From Myxococcota bacterium (GTDB lineage: Bacteria; Myxococcota; XYA12-FULL-58-9; JALHOP01), in assembly GCA_041288095.1 (NCBI GenBank), contig JBGGMJ010000211.1, positions 63,725-127,724 on the forward strand: a stretch of 64,000 bases of DNA, given 5' to 3'. Made by a program: the position numbers and the translations under genes. Positions 1 through 10,831 of the stretch are shown piece by piece (positions within the stretch are counted from its first letter, which is position 1; each line of letters starts with the position of its first letter). The notes beneath the pieces are model-generated. The model saw only the letters and a program-made list of their open reading frames with translations. It was not told the origin of the DNA and did not search any database.

Positions 1-826
1 GCGCGGCGGCCGCCGCTTCCTCGTCTACGGCGGCGCGGGTCGAATCATCGGCGGCGCGGTCGTCGACGCGCTCCGTAACATGAAGAAGCTCTCGGTAGCG
101 GTCGTCGATCCGTGGCTCGCCACGCCCGAGGGTAAAGCCAAGCGCGAAGCCTTGATCGCTCAGGGAGTCGACATCATCGACAGCGACGCGGAGCTCGAGC
201 ACGAGCTGCGCACCAAGAGCTTGTTCATCGTCAACGCCACCGCCGACGACGCGTTCTATCACCGCGACTACACGCGCATCGGCAAGAACAAGGCGGTCGT
301 GCTCAACCTCGGCACCGGCCAGCGCGGCTTCTCCATGAAGCACCTCGAGGAGCTGGCGTTCGACCAACGCACCGGCGGGCTGCAACGGCGACGCCTCGTG
401 GGCGAGATCGATCGGCATCAAGCGTCGTACGCCTACAAGATCTTGAACGACCAAGGGTTGCCGGTCGACGTCTTCGCCCTCGGTGACGGCGCCGTTTACA
501 ACCTCGGCGAGCGCAGCCCCAACCCACGCGAGCTGTCGGCCTTCAACAACCTTTTGATCCTCGAGTCACTTCATCAAGCCGCGCATGACCGTTCGAGCGG
601 ACTGCTAGGGCCGCGGGTCCTCGGCTCGGTTCGCGTGGCATTCACGGACGAGGCCGACCCGCGCCCGGTCATTGCTTTCCTGCCTCGCGACATGGAGCAC
701 ACGCTCCCTTGGCCGAAGATCTGGCCGGACGCCATCGCCGCGGACCATGACGGGCCGGTGATTCGCGTCGACCTCACGAAGTCACCCGACGAGGTTCGTC
801 GCATCGCCGCCCACTGCGTCAGCTAG
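1..826 (+). CDS. NAD-binding Rossmann-fold protein resembling the C-terminal half of S-adenosylhomocysteine hydrolase (5'-truncated by window edge)
   Basis: The frame of the 80..826 ORF is open back to base 2: RGGRRFLVYGGAGRIIGGAVVDALRNMKKLSVAVVDP is a beta-alpha-beta dinucleotide fold. Later FIVNAT, VLNLG and ALGDGAVYNLG resemble the AdoHcyase motifs IFVTAT, xNxG and LAEGRLVNLG. Confidence 0.5.
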   Translation, partial: RGGRRFLVYGGAGRIIGGAVVDALRNMKKLSVAVVDPWLATPEGKAKREALIAQGVDIIDSDAELEHELRTKSLFIVNATADDAFYHRDYTRIGKNKAVVLNLGTGQRGFSMKHLEELAFDQRTGGLQRRRLVGEIDRHQASYAYKILNDQGLPVDVFALGDGAVYNLGERSPNPRELSAFNNLLILESLHQAAHDRSSGLLGPRVLGSVRVAFTDEADPRPVIAFLPRDMEHTLPWPKIWPDAIAADHDGPVIRVDLTKSPDEVRRIAAHCVS

Positions 827-2434
827 CTACTTGACCTCGGAGCTACCGCTCTCGCTGCGATTCTCGACCGGCTGGGCCTGGACGCCGTTGCGATCAATCT
901 CCGCCAGACGCCGACTCATGCGGTCGTTGTCCACCCGCAAGAAGCGCTGCTCTTCGCGCAGGGCCATCAGCTCGCTCGCGAGATCGGCCGCCTTGGTCTC
1001 GGCTGTGCTGCTGCCCTCGCGCACCAGGCGCAGCTCTGCCTCGGAGGCGTCGAGCTGACGCTGGAGCGTCGCGACGTCGGTCTTCAAGCCTTCGATCTCG
1101 CGCTTCTGGTCGTCGAGCGACTTCTGCCGGTCGGTGATCTCGAGCTTCAGAGCCTCTTGCGCTCGGCCGGCGTCCTCGATGGCGAGCTCGCGCTCGCGGA
1201 TGGTGCCTTGCAGCTCGGCGGCGCGAGTTTCTCGCTCGTTACGGGCCTCCGCGGCTTCGTCGCCCAGCTCTTGCAGGCGCTTGTCGCGTTCGCTGACCGT
1301 GGCGCGGAGCTCCTCGATACCGCGGTTGGCGTCGCTGAGCTGCGCCTCGAAGGTGGCGACCTTGTTCTCGAGCTCGCTGCGCACACGCGCAAGCTCGCTC
1401 TCCAGCTCACCTCGCACGCGGCCAAGCTCGTCGTTCGCGGCGGTCAGCTGGGTCTCGCGCTCGCTGAGCGCCGTGCGGGTGCTCTCGAGGTCACGCGTGG
1501 TGATGGCGTATTGATCGACCAGCTCGACTTGCCGCGAGTCGGCCGCCGCGAGTCCCGCGGTGAGCTCGTCGATTTGCTGGCGAGCACCCGTCAGGTCGTT
1601 CTGCGTCGTCGTCAGCTCGTTGGTGAGCGACGCGATGCGCGCCTCACCTTCGGCGATGGTGCGCGTCGAGGTTTCGCGCATCTCGTTGAAGACTTGCTGC
1701 GCCGTCTCGATCTTGCTGCGGAAGTCCGCGAGCAGCGCGTTCTTTTCGTCGCGCTCCTGCTCGAGCTTCATGTGCCAAGCTTCGTTGGCGGCGTCCATCT
1801 CCTGACGCAGGGCGGCGAGCTCGCCTTGGAGCTGAGAGTTGGCCGCGACACCTTCGTTGATCATGGCGTTCAGGCGCGCTTCCTCGGTGCGGAAGGCCTG
1901 GGCGCTACGGGTCGCCTGGTCGCGGACGGTGGCATACCGCTCGACAGCGGACGCGCGTTCGCTCTCTTTGGCGTCGACGAGCTGATCGACGGCGTCGACC
2001 TGGCGCTGCTTGATGCTCCAGACCCAGCCGACCCGGGCCAAGTCGCGCTCGAGCTCTCGCACACGGTCCCGCAAGAACTGCATTTTCTTGTCGAGCCCAG
2101 CGAGGTTTTTGCGAGGAGGAGGTGGCGGCGCCGAACGGAAGTCGACGTCTCTGACCTGATTGAAGACGCGGTGGATGAAGGCGCGGTCTTCTTCGGTGAT
2201 TTCGCCGATGTCCGGGAGATTGGCGCGGGCCCGCATGGCAGGCGGAGCGTTGGGGTCGGCTATCTCGACGATTTCCTGGGTGTCGTAGCTTTCGACCTCG
2301 TCGACGGCCTCGACTGAAACAGCTGAAACCTCATCGAGGGGCAGCTCTTCAGGTGCCTGCTCTTCAGTAGGTTCGGCTGCGGCGTCGGCAGAGTACTGCG
2401 CGGACGCGGCGTCGTCGGTTGGTTCCGTCGCCAT
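827..2434 (-). CDS. long coiled-coil protein with acidic N-terminus
   Basis: 535 aa, about 400 aa of E/R/L/A heptad pattern, no enzyme motifs; SD-like GGGGA upstream. Confidence 0.75.
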   Translation of the reverse strand: MATEPTDDAASAQYSADAAAEPTEEQAPEELPLDEVSAVSVEAVDEVESYDTQEIVEIADPNAPPAMRARANLPDIGEITEEDRAFIHRVFNQVRDVDFRSAPPPPPRKNLAGLDKKMQFLRDRVRELERDLARVGWVWSIKQRQVDAVDQLVDAKESERASAVERYATVRDQATRSAQAFRTEEARLNAMINEGVAANSQLQGELAALRQEMDAANEAWHMKLEQERDEKNALLADFRSKIETAQQVFNEMRETSTRTIAEGEARIASLTNELTTTQNDLTGARQQIDELTAGLAAADSRQVELVDQYAITTRDLESTRTALSERETQLTAANDELGRVRGELESELARVRSELENKVATFEAQLSDANRGIEELRATVSERDKRLQELGDEAAEARNERETRAAELQGTIRERELAIEDAGRAQEALKLEITDRQKSLDDQKREIEGLKTDVATLQRQLDASEAELRLVREGSSTAETKAADLASELMALREEQRFLRVDNDRMSRRLAEIDRNGVQAQPVENRSESGSSEVK

Positions 2435-2511
2435 CGTTCCCCTAATCCCTTAACGTTCGAGTCTTTCGCCAGCGTACCCGGTTCTGTCTTCTATGCAAGC
2501 GCCGACTGTAG

Positions 2512-5094
2512 GTGCGTGCTAACCTCGCGTCGGTGCTCGCGGTCGCCGTCGTTGCCTGGGTCACAGTCGCTTCGCCGCCGGCGGTGTCGCCGTGTGCGCG
2601 GGTCACCGTCACGGCCTCCCTCGACCCCAGATCCCATGACATCACCGGGACCGCCACATGCACCGTAGCCCGCGATACGCGCCTGCGCGCCGCGACCTAC
2701 CCCCGTCTCCTGCGCACGCCTGCCGGGGTCAATGATGTGCGGCAGCCATGGTTCTATCCGCAAGGCTTCGACCCTGCCGACATGGCACTCAGCGACGAGG
2801 CAGGCGTGGCGCTGAACGGCGACGGCGCCTGGCAGGACCTGGGTGCCCGACGGGCCGGCGAGCTCGTCACGCTCCACTTCGTGACCCGCGTGCCGCGGCG
2901 TAACGGCGTCCTGGGCGAGCGTGACGGCACCTTCTATATGCTCGGCGGCTGGCACCCGGCGTTCGCCGACGAAGGCACCCCGGTCGCGGCGACGACCGTC
3001 GAGCTCCACCTGACGGCGCCGCGCCACACCGTCGGCTTCGCGGGCGAGACGCCATTTGGTGCGCACGCGCCCAGGCGGGTCGACGGCGTCATGGAAGCGC
3101 GGTTCGTGCCCTGGCTGGTCGCCGGCTCGGCCTCGGTGAAGCTGCGCGACGCGGCCGTGGTCATCACGCCGGCGGCCGCGCCGCGGGGCGAGACGCCTTA
3201 TGACCTGCGCGAAATCACGGCTGGGCTCGATGGGCTCGCGTCCCGTGAGCTCTCCGAGACCCTCGAGGTCGGCGCCAACTGGGCCGATGCCCAAGTCCTG
3301 CCGCGCCGCCGGCTCATCGTCGTGCTGGCGCCGCTCCGAGAACGCCTGGTCGAGCGCTTCGACGGTGGCTTCGCGGTCTCGGATCGAGCTTTTCACGTCG
3401 CGTCGATCTTGCAGCGCCTGCATCGCCTGGCCATTTGGCGCGCCCAGCTCGCGAGCTATGCCCTGCCCAAGGCTCGGTCCGCTGAAGCGGGTCCTGACGC
3501 TCTACCCGCCGAGCTCGTCGCCGATACGCTCGGGGTCATCATGCGCGACGCCTTGGCGCGCAATCTCTACCGCAGCAACGAGCACGCGGCACAGATGCTC
3601 GAGCACATCGCCATCATCCCGGAGATCGACTCTCTCATCTTCGCTCCGCAAGTGGCCTTCGCCGACGCTTACTACGAAGCCATCGACGAGACGCCGGTCG
3701 TCGCCAATCACCTCGACGACTTCGACACGACGCTCCCGCGCGGCAAGATGGTCGCCGTAAAGCTCGTCGACCGCGTCGGTGACGCCGGCGCGCTCGCCAT
3801 CGCCCAGGCGTATCTGCCGAGCACCTCGAACTGGCTCTCGCTGGTGCGGGCCGGTGCCGGCGACGAGGTGGTGACCGCCCTGCGCGAGTGGCTGGGGCCG
3901 GCGCCGAAGGTCGACTATGTCCTCGCGGATATCGAGACCCTGCCGGAGGGCACGCGCGTCCGCATAGATGCCGTCGGGCCCGACGCCGACAAGGTGCACG
4001 AGCCGATCATGGTGCGCCTGCGCCTCCCCGGCAAACATCGGCTCGAGGCGACGCGTATCGGCCCCGGTGAGCTGTTTTTTCCGGGCAAGGAGAAGCCGAA
4101 GCTCGTCGAGCTCGATCCGTTCGAGCGGACGGTCCAGCTCGCGACCCAGCCCGGAGAGACCACGCGCTACAACGACCGCAGCACGCCGCGCTGGCGCTTT
4201 CTCTTGAACGACATCACCGGCCTCTTCCAGATCACCAATCAGCAAGTGAGCGCCAGCGCCGACTTCGCGCTGCGGCGCATTCACGACCTTCGCTACGCCT
4301 TCGGCTTCAGCGCCTCTTACGCGCCGGAGTCGGTGGGCGTATCGGCGAGCGCGGCCTACAAGTTCGGAAAGGCCGTGACACCCTTGCAGCTCGCCGACCG
4401 CATCGGTGTCGGCATCGGCTACAATCGCCTGCGCGGCGAGTTCGACGACGCGACTCCAGGCGATCTCTTGTCGCTGTCTATCGGCTACGGCCACGACGAC
4501 CGCCTGAATCCGTACTTCAGCTTCGAAGGCTCGGGCTGGTCTCTGTCGAGCGGCGTCGCTTATGGCCGCGATGACCGCGGCGTCGACTACGTCTTCGGGC
4601 AGGTCGGCGCCGGCGTGCTCCACATCTGGCAGCTCGCGTTGGGCCACGCCCTGGTCGGCCGACTACGAGGCGACGTGTTGATCGGCCAGGCTCCCAAGCA
4701 GAGCGAGCTGCGCCTCGGCGGCCGCTATCGCGGCGGGCGCGGTTACGAGGTCAACGAGGCGCGCGGCACGGAGCGCATCACCGCCAGCGCCGAGTATCGC
4801 CACATCCTCGAGAACGACATGCGCTCGGACTGGCTGCGCCTCTTCACGTTCACGCGTGTCGAAGGCGCCTTCTTCTCCGACGTCATCGTGCTACCGGTTG
4901 ACCGCGCCGGCTGCCAGCGCTCGGTGTTCACCGATGTCGGCTACAGCGTTCGCTTCATCGGCGACGTGTTCAACCTCTACACCAGCTCCCTGGGCTTCGA
5001 CTTCGGCTTCCCGCTCAACCGCTGTCCCGACGAGAGCGACCGCTTCCCGGTCACCATCTACGCGTCGTTCTTACAGTCGTTCGCGTCGTTCTAA
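2512..5094 (+). CDS. exported protein: M1-aminopeptidase-like N-terminal region lacking HEXXH plus Omp85-like C-terminal beta-barrel
   Basis: Signal peptide; beta-rich N-terminus; VELDP motif typical of M1 C-domains; amphipathic strands, RLGG..RGY loop, ASAEYR and terminal Phe (SFASF). Confidence 0.6.
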   Translation: MRANLASVLAVAVVAWVTVASPPAVSPCARVTVTASLDPRSHDITGTATCTVARDTRLRAATYPRLLRTPAGVNDVRQPWFYPQGFDPADMALSDEAGVALNGDGAWQDLGARRAGELVTLHFVTRVPRRNGVLGERDGTFYMLGGWHPAFADEGTPVAATTVELHLTAPRHTVGFAGETPFGAHAPRRVDGVMEARFVPWLVAGSASVKLRDAAVVITPAAAPRGETPYDLREITAGLDGLASRELSETLEVGANWADAQVLPRRRLIVVLAPLRERLVERFDGGFAVSDRAFHVASILQRLHRLAIWRAQLASYALPKARSAEAGPDALPAELVADTLGVIMRDALARNLYRSNEHAAQMLEHIAIIPEIDSLIFAPQVAFADAYYEAIDETPVVANHLDDFDTTLPRGKMVAVKLVDRVGDAGALAIAQAYLPSTSNWLSLVRAGAGDEVVTALREWLGPAPKVDYVLADIETLPEGTRVRIDAVGPDADKVHEPIMVRLRLPGKHRLEATRIGPGELFFPGKEKPKLVELDPFERTVQLATQPGETTRYNDRSTPRWRFLLNDITGLFQITNQQVSASADFALRRIHDLRYAFGFSASYAPESVGVSASAAYKFGKAVTPLQLADRIGVGIGYNRLRGEFDDATPGDLLSLSIGYGHDDRLNPYFSFEGSGWSLSSGVAYGRDDRGVDYVFGQVGAGVLHIWQLALGHALVGRLRGDVLIGQAPKQSELRLGGRYRGGRGYEVNEARGTERITASAEYRHILENDMRSDWLRLFTFTRVEGAFFSDVIVLPVDRAGCQRSVFTDVGYSVRFIGDVFNLYTSSLGFDFGFPLNRCPDESDRFPVTIYASFLQSFASF

Positions 5095-5372
5095 CGGCGT
5101 TCGGCACGCATCGCCGCTTGGGCGCCCAGCAAGAACGCCGGCACCAGGTCGCTATTGAGCTTCGTGAAATCACCGATGGTGTAAACGCCGAGGCGCGACA
5201 ACTTCGCGGCGCGCTCGGGGCCGACCTGCAGCAGCGACTGGACGCTCTCGCGCGAGAGGTTGACCAGAGGCGTGAGGCCGTTGCGGCGGCGATAGGCGTT
5301 CTCGTCGACCAAGGCGCGGCGAACAGGCGCGTCGAGGTAGGCCGCGGTGCGTTGGGTAAGACCGATTCTCAT
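5091..5372 (-). CDS. small helix-hairpin-helix protein (93 aa)
   Basis: GGAGG 7 nt before ATG at 5372; LLQVGPERAAKLSRLGVYTIGDF is an HhH-like motif. Confidence 0.6.
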   Translation of the reverse strand: MRIGLTQRTAAYLDAPVRRALVDENAYRRRNGLTPLVNLSRESVQSLLQVGPERAAKLSRLGVYTIGDFTKLNSDLVPAFLLGAQAAMRAERR

Positions 5373-5396
5373 GGGGAAGCCTCCGAGGGGAGCCCT

Positions 5397-5425
5397 GTTA
5401 TCGTGCGCGAGGCGGTCGGTGTTTC
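5397..5425 (-). promoter_or_regulatory. putative sigma28-like promoter (GAAAC-N16-ACGATAAC)
   Basis: Copy of a motif recurring five times in the window; 24 nt upstream of ATG 5372. Confidence 0.5.
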
Positions 5426-5442
5426 GCCCGAGCGCGCGGCTG

Positions 5443-5712
5443 TCAGGTGGAACGTTGGTCATCCCGGAGGGCGGCTTCGGCCAAGGCGCGGACGTCCTCC
5501 GTCAATCCGAGGTGGCGCGCGCCTCCCGAAAACGGGCACTTGCCGGACTTTCCGGTCGCCCCGCTGCCGCCGCTCTTGGCCGCCTCGGTGTGCGCCGCGA
5601 GGAAGGCCTCGAGGGTGATGCCGTCTGACAAAGTGGCAGCAACGGCCGCCGGTTGCGCGGGGGCCGGGCTGAGAACCGCTGCGTCACGAAGGGCTTCGAG
5701 CTTCACGTCCAT
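5443..5712 (-). CDS. hypothetical protein (89 aa)
   Basis: GGAGG SD before ATG; low-complexity Ala/Gly/Ser sequence with a KCPF motif. Confidence 0.55.
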   Translation of the reverse strand: MDVKLEALRDAAVLSPAPAQPAAVAATLSDGITLEAFLAAHTEAAKSGGSGATGKSGKCPFSGGARHLGLTEDVRALAEAALRDDQRST

Positions 5713-5734
5713 GCTACCTCCGGGGGAGGTAGAC

Positions 5735-5762
5735 GTTATCGGGACGTGGGTGGCGGCGTTGC
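5735..5762 (-). promoter_or_regulatory. putative sigma28-like promoter (GCAAC-N15-CCGATAAC)
   Basis: The -10 box resembles the FliA GCCGATAA box; 22 nt upstream of ATG 5712. Confidence 0.6.
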
Positions 5763-5788
5763 GCGGGCCGCGCCGCGAAGGCGCAGAC

Positions 5789-8401
5789 CTAGAAGAAGTT
5801 GCCGATGGTGAACTCGAAGATGAGGCTCCGGTCGGTGGGCCGCACCTTGGTGATCGGGATACCCCACTCGAAGCGCAGCGGACCGATCGGCGAGAGCCAG
5901 CGCAAGCCGAAGCCGAACGAGTAGTAGAGGCCGAGTGGCGGCTTGATCGGATCGGTGCTGTTGAAGAGGTACGCGTTCGGACGCAGGTCCTTCGGCGTGT
6001 CGAGATAGAAGAAGCCTTCGTTGTCGTCGTAAGCGTTGCCGGCGTCTGTGAAAAGGACGCCCTTGATGCCGGCGGCGGTGAGGATGGGGAACTCGAGCTC
6101 GAGATTGAACACGACCTCTTTGTTACCGCCGCGCACGAACTCGGTGGTCTCGCCGAGTGGCTCGCCCTTGTAGCCGACGTTGACGCGGGGCCCGAGCGAG
6201 CGTGGATTGAAGCCGCGGACCGAGTAGATGCCGCCCGGGAAGAAGCGCTCGGAGATCTGCACGCCCTGCTCGCCGTTCCCGGTGATGTAGCCGAACTGCC
6301 CGCGGAACTTGAGCGTGAAGTTCAACGGCAGCGGCACGTAGCGTTGGATGTTCAAGGTGTAGCGCTGGTACTCGAGGCCGGTGTCCGAGCCCCACGCCTT
6401 GTTCGAAACCTCGGTCGCGAGGATGTGGTAGTGGCCTGACCGCGGAAACAGACGGTTGTCGCGCGTGTCGTAGGCGATACTCGCGTTGAACGCCGAGTTC
6501 ATGCCGTTGTTGTTGAGGTTCTCGTAGTCAATCTGGCGGCCGCCGCCGACCTCGTCGATGTTGATCTGCTCGAGCGTATAACCGACGTTGACGCGCCAGT
6601 CGGGCGTGATCGGATAGCCGAGCGTCGGCGAGAAGCCGGTCGCCGAGCGCGCGAAGTCTTGGTAGAAGCGCTTGGTGATGTAGGCCTTGAAGCCGAGCTG
6701 CCAGCGCGTATCGAGGAAATACGGCTCGATGAAGTCGAAGGTCGCGAGCTGGCGCGCGAACGTACCGAACGAGAGCTGCGCCGACAGCGACAGAAGGTTG
6801 CCGTTCCCCAGGAAGTTGTTCTGGGAGATCTGCATCGTCGCGATGAACGATTCGACGCTCGAGAAGCCGGCGCCAATCTGGAACGTGCCGGTCGACTTCT
6901 CCTTGATCTCGACCTGGACGTTCATGGTGTCCGGGCGCGAGCCGCGATTGGTCGTGATCTCGACGGTCTCGAAGTAACCGAGCTGGTAGATGCGCGCCTT
7001 CGAGCGCGCGATGCCGGTGGCGCTGTACTTGTCGCCCTCGAAGATACGCATCTCGCGGCGCACGACCTTGTCGCGGGTCTTGGTGTTGCCGACGATGTCG
7101 ATGCGGTCGAAGTAGACGAGGTCGCCGCGCTGGACCTGCAGCTCGAGGTCGACCGTCCTGGTCTTGGGGTCCGTCCGCGTCAGCGGATTGACGTTGGTGT
7201 AAGCGTAGCCCTGGTCGCGATAGGCGTCGGTGACGGCTTGCAGGTCGGCGAAGAGCTTGGTGCGATTGAAGAGCTCGCCGCGCGCGATGGTGAGACGCTG
7301 GCGCAGCGAGCTCTCGCTGACCACGACCTTGCCGGCCTCGTCGGCGAGCTCGACGTCACCACTGAAGCTGATCTTGCCGATGTCGTATTGCTCGCCTTCG
7401 TCGATCGGCACCGACAAGTAGATGTAACGGCGGTCGGGCGAGATGGTCGCCGAGGGCTCGCCGACTTTCACCGACACGAAACCGTTGTCGTAATAGAGCG
7501 CCTGGATGCGGAACATGTCGGTCTCGAAGAACTCGCGCTTGTAAGTTCCCGCTTGCGACAAGAACGAGAGCTCGTTGCCCTCGCGCGTTTGCAGCACGGC
7601 CTTGATCTGGTCGTCGGGGATCTTCTTGTTGCCGACGAAGGCGATGTGCTTGACGATGACCTTGGCGTTCTCCTGGATCTCGAAGACGACGTTCACTTCG
7701 GCGTCGTCGCCGTCGATGGGCTCGATGCGATAGCGGACTTGCGCGAGGAAGTAGCCCTTCTCGACGTAGAGGTCCTTGATCTTCTCGACGTTGCGCTTGA
7801 GCTGGTCGGTGTTGAGGATGCTGTACGGTTTGACGTCGACGACCGGTTTCATGTCGTCTTCGCCCAGGTCATCGAGGCCGACGAACTTGACCTCTTGAAC
7901 GGCCGGCCGCTCCACGACCACGAACACCAGGCGCACGCCTCCGGTCGCCGGCTCGGTCTCGGCGCGCACGTCGCGGAAGAACGTCGTCCCCCAGATGGCA
8001 CGCAAGTCGGTGGTGACGACCGTCGGGTCGAGAGCGCTACCGGCGCGTGACTTCACGACCGCGAGCACCGCCTCGGGATCGACGCGGCGCACACCTTCGA
8101 CGCTCACATCGACGATACGGAGCTCGTCGGCATCGCCCTTCGGCGCCGGTGGGCGCTTGCCGCGCGTCGGAGTCGGCGCTGGTTGCGGCTGCGGTTGCGC
8201 TGGCGGGTTGACCTCGGTGGCCTCCCCTGGTCGCGGCGGGTAGTTCTTGATCGTCGAATCGGGGTCGGTCGTCGAAGGCGCGGGCTGCGTCGGCGACGCG
8301 GGCGCCCGTGAGGTCGACGGATCGCGGGCCGGCGGCGTCGCCTCCTGAGCGGCCACCGTCGCGGACCACGCGACGATGCATGCTACCGCAAGGAGTCTCA
8401 C
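5789..8401 (-). CDS. bamA: outer membrane protein assembly factor BamA
   Basis: Signal peptide, POTRA repeats ([13 protein letters not shown]), SVRGF loop 6, [14 protein letters not shown]-terminal FEFTIGNFF. Confidence 0.97.
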   Translation of the reverse strand: MRLLAVACIVAWSATVAAQEATPPARDPSTSRAPASPTQPAPSTTDPDSTIKNYPPRPGEATEVNPPAQPQPQPAPTPTRGKRPPAPKGDADELRIVDVSVEGVRRVDPEAVLAVVKSRAGSALDPTVVTTDLRAIWGTTFFRDVRAETEPATGGVRLVFVVVERPAVQEVKFVGLDDLGEDDMKPVVDVKPYSILNTDQLKRNVEKIKDLYVEKGYFLAQVRYRIEPIDGDDAEVNVVFEIQENAKVIVKHIAFVGNKKIPDDQIKAVLQTREGNELSFLSQAGTYKREFFETDMFRIQALYYDNGFVSVKVGEPSATISPDRRYIYLSVPIDEGEQYDIGKISFSGDVELADEAGKVVVSESSLRQRLTIARGELFNRTKLFADLQAVTDAYRDQGYAYTNVNPLTRTDPKTRTVDLELQVQRGDLVYFDRIDIVGNTKTRDKVVRREMRIFEGDKYSATGIARSKARIYQLGYFETVEITTNRGSRPDTMNVQVEIKEKSTGTFQIGAGFSSVESFIATMQISQNNFLGNGNLLSLSAQLSFGTFARQLATFDFIEPYFLDTRWQLGFKAYITKRFYQDFARSATGFSPTLGYPITPDWRVNVGYTLEQINIDEVGGGRQIDYENLNNNGMNSAFNASIAYDTRDNRLFPRSGHYHILATEVSNKAWGSDTGLEYQRYTLNIQRYVPLPLNFTLKFRGQFGYITGNGEQGVQISERFFPGGIYSVRGFNPRSLGPRVNVGYKGEPLGETTEFVRGGNKEVVFNLELEFPILTAAGIKGVLFTDAGNAYDDNEGFFYLDTPKDLRPNAYLFNSTDPIKPPLGLYYSFGFGLRWLSPIGPLRFEWGIPITKVRPTDRSLIFEFTIGNFF

Positions 8402-9090
8402 GCCCGCTCCTCGACCAGTCCGTCGTGCAACACCAGGCGGCGCGACATACGGTCCGCGAGACCACGGTTGTGCGTGACGACGATGAGCGTGATGCCGCGG
8501 GTCGCGTTCAGGCGGAAGAGCAGCTCGTGGATCTCTTCGCCGGTCTTCTCGTCGAGGTTGCCGGTCACCTCGTCCGCCAAGAGCAGCGGCGGGTCGAGCA
8601 CCAAAGCGCGCGCCAGAGCGACGCGTTGCTGCTCGCCACCCGACAGCTCGCCAGGGCGATGCTCGACGCGGGCAGCGAGCCCAACGTCGGTCAAGGCGCG
8701 CATGGCTCGCTCGCGGGCCTCGTCGCGCGACTGACGGCGGATGAGCGCCGGCATCATGACGTTTTCGAGGGCGCTGAACTCGGGCAACAGGTGGTGGAAC
8801 TGGAAGACGAAGCCGAGCTCGCGGTTGCGGAAGTCGGCGAGCTCCGACGGCGACAAAGCGGTGAGATCCCGTCCGTCATAGTGGATGGTGCCGCTGTCCG
8901 GGAGGTCGAGGGTGCCGAGGGTGTGCAGGAGCGTGCTCTTCCCCGCCCCCGACGCGCCGATGATCGAGACGACTTCGCCCTTCCTGATGACGAGCGACGC
9001 GCCACGCAGCACGTCGATGACGGCGCCGCCCTTGCGATAGCGTTTGTTCAAGGCCCGCGCTTCCAAAAGCACGGAGGAGCTATCCGTCAC
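8398..9090 (-). CDS. lolD: lipoprotein-releasing ABC transporter ATP-binding protein
   Basis: [37 protein letters not shown]; lies between lolC/E and bamA. Confidence 0.93.
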   Translation of the reverse strand: MTDSSSVLLEARALNKRYRKGGAVIDVLRGASLVIRKGEVVSIIGASGAGKSTLLHTLGTLDLPDSGTIHYDGRDLTALSPSELADFRNRELGFVFQFHHLLPEFSALENVMMPALIRRQSRDEARERAMRALTDVGLAARVEHRPGELSGGEQQRVALARALVLDPPLLLADEVTGNLDEKTGEEIHELLFRLNATRGITLIVVTHNRGLADRMSRRLVLHDGLVEERA

Positions 9091-10831
9091 GCAAACCCTC
9101 GACCGGCGTCAGGGAGGACCCACGGAGCGCGGGGAAAACAGCGAAATTCCAAACGATGAGAAGAGCGGAAAGGGCTACGAGGACGACGTCAGAGACCTCC
9201 AGATGCACGGGGAGCGCATCGATATAGTAGACGTCGTTGGGAAGCCAGAGCCTCCGGAGGCCGGCAACGAGGATGAGCGCGAGCACCACCCCGACGGCGA
9301 TCCCGAAGCCGCCGACGAGCAAGCCTTGGGTGATGAAGATCTTCATGATGCCCGCGTCGTGGGCACCCATGGTCTTCAAGATGGCGATCTCTTTCTTCTT
9401 CTCGATGACGCTCATGGTGAGCGTGTTCACGATCGAGAAGCTCGCGACCAAGATGATGAAGACCAGCACGATGAAGGCAACGACACGCTCGAGCTTCAAG
9501 GCCGCGAACAGCGTCTGGTTGCGAACCTTCCAGTCCACCAAGGTGAGCGGCGCGGTCGCGCTCTTGGCGTTCGCGAGCGCGGCGTTGCCGTAGATGTCGC
9601 TCTTCTCTGGATCGGCGGTGAGGATCTGAACGCCGGTCGCCTCGTGGGGGCCGAGCTCGTAGAAGCGGCGCGCTTCGTCGAGGGACACGAAGGTGAGGTG
9701 CGCGTCGTATTCGTACATCTTGCTCGAAAAGACACCGACCACCTGGAGGCTCACCGACTTGGGCGCGACCCCGACGGGTGTCAGCACTTCGAGGAGTGGT
9801 GAAAGGACGCGCAGCTTGTCGCCCACCTTCACCTGGAGGCTGTTCGCCATCTCGACGCCGATGACGATGCCGGGCACCTTCGCCGGAGGCGCGAACTCGG
9901 CGTCACTCTCGATCGGCTTGCCCGCGTCCAGCGGCGCCTTGAGGCCGTCGAGGCTGCCGCGGGTGATCTGGCCGAGCACGGTGATCACGCTCGGCGCTCG
10001 GAAGGGATCGATGCCGACCATCAGCGCGGTGCCGGTATAGTTGGCGCCGGGATTCGCGACCGCGACCTCACCTTGAACGTAAGGAGACGCCGCGACCACA
10101 CCGGAAGTCGCGGCGATTTCGTCGACCAGCGTAGGTGTCAGCTGCAGCGGACGCCCGTCGGCGGCCTCGATGCTCGCATGCGCATTGGCGCCGATAATCT
10201 TGGTGCGCAGGTCGCCTTCGAACCCCGACAGCACCGCGAGAGCGCCGATGACGGCCATGACGCCGACCGCGACACCGATGATCGAGATGGCGGTGACGAT
10301 CGAGACCGCCTGCGAGCTCTTCGACAAGAGAAAGCGCCGACCAATCATCGCCTCGTAGCCGAGGCGCATGCTCGACGGCCCGCTGGTGAGGAAGAGAAAG
10401 CCGACCGAGGCTCCGAAGTAGGTGCACGCCGCGAGGGCCGCCGGCGCGATGAGCAAGGCGCGCAAGGGAGCGGAGGTGAGGCCGTGCTCGCCCGGCCCCA
10501 TGACCGCGAGGACGGCGGCGAGGTCGAGCACGAGGAGGCAGCCGACGAACAGCTCCCAGGTAGGCATGCGCTTGAGCACCGCGGCGGCGGTGAGGCCGAC
10601 GAGCATGGACGTCGCGCAAGCCCAGAGCCACAGCAGTGTCGGCTCGCGCTCGAGCGTCAGCGACGAGCGCATGTAGATGACCCACAACACGCTGCCGGAG
10701 ACCGCGAGCGCGCCGGTGATCGCGGCGGCGGCGCGGAGCGAGAAGCGGCGTGAAGCAAGCCGTCGTCGCGCCAACCCCGTGAGTGCGAGCTGCACCAACA
10801 GGAGAATGGCGATGACGACGAGACCGCTCAC
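9080..10831 (-). CDS. lolE: lipoprotein-releasing ABC transporter permease LolC/E with an extra N-terminal membrane segment
   Basis: [54 protein letters not shown] start overlaps the lysS stop (GTGA). Confidence 0.88.
   Translation of the reverse strand: MSGLVVIAILLLVQLALTGLARRRLASRRFSLRAAAAITGALAVSGSVLWVIYMRSSLTLEREPTLLWLWACATSMLVGLTAAAVLKRMPTWELFVGCLLVLDLAAVLAVMGPGEHGLTSAPLRALLIAPAALAACTYFGASVGFLFLTSGPSSMRLGYEAMIGRRFLLSKSSQAVSIVTAISIIGVAVGVMAVIGALAVLSGFEGDLRTKIIGANAHASIEAADGRPLQLTPTLVDEIAATSGVVAASPYVQGEVAVANPGANYTGTALMVGIDPFRAPSVITVLGQITRGSLDGLKAPLDAGKPIESDAEFAPPAKVPGIVIGVEMANSLQVKVGDKLRVLSPLLEVLTPVGVAPKSVSLQVVGVFSSKMYEYDAHLTFVSLDEARRFYELGPHEATGVQILTADPEKSDIYGNAALANAKSATAPLTLVDWKVRNQTLFAALKLERVVAFIVLVFIILVASFSIVNTLTMSVIEKKKEIAILKTMGAHDAGIMKIFITQGLLVGGFGIAVGVVLALILVAGLRRLWLPNDVYYIDALPVHLEVSDVVLVALSALLIVWNFAVFPALRGSSLTPVEGLRDG

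Noticed and set aside
827..2434. SMC or phage tape-measure protein
   Set aside because: No Walker motifs or phage context; only a generic coiled coil.
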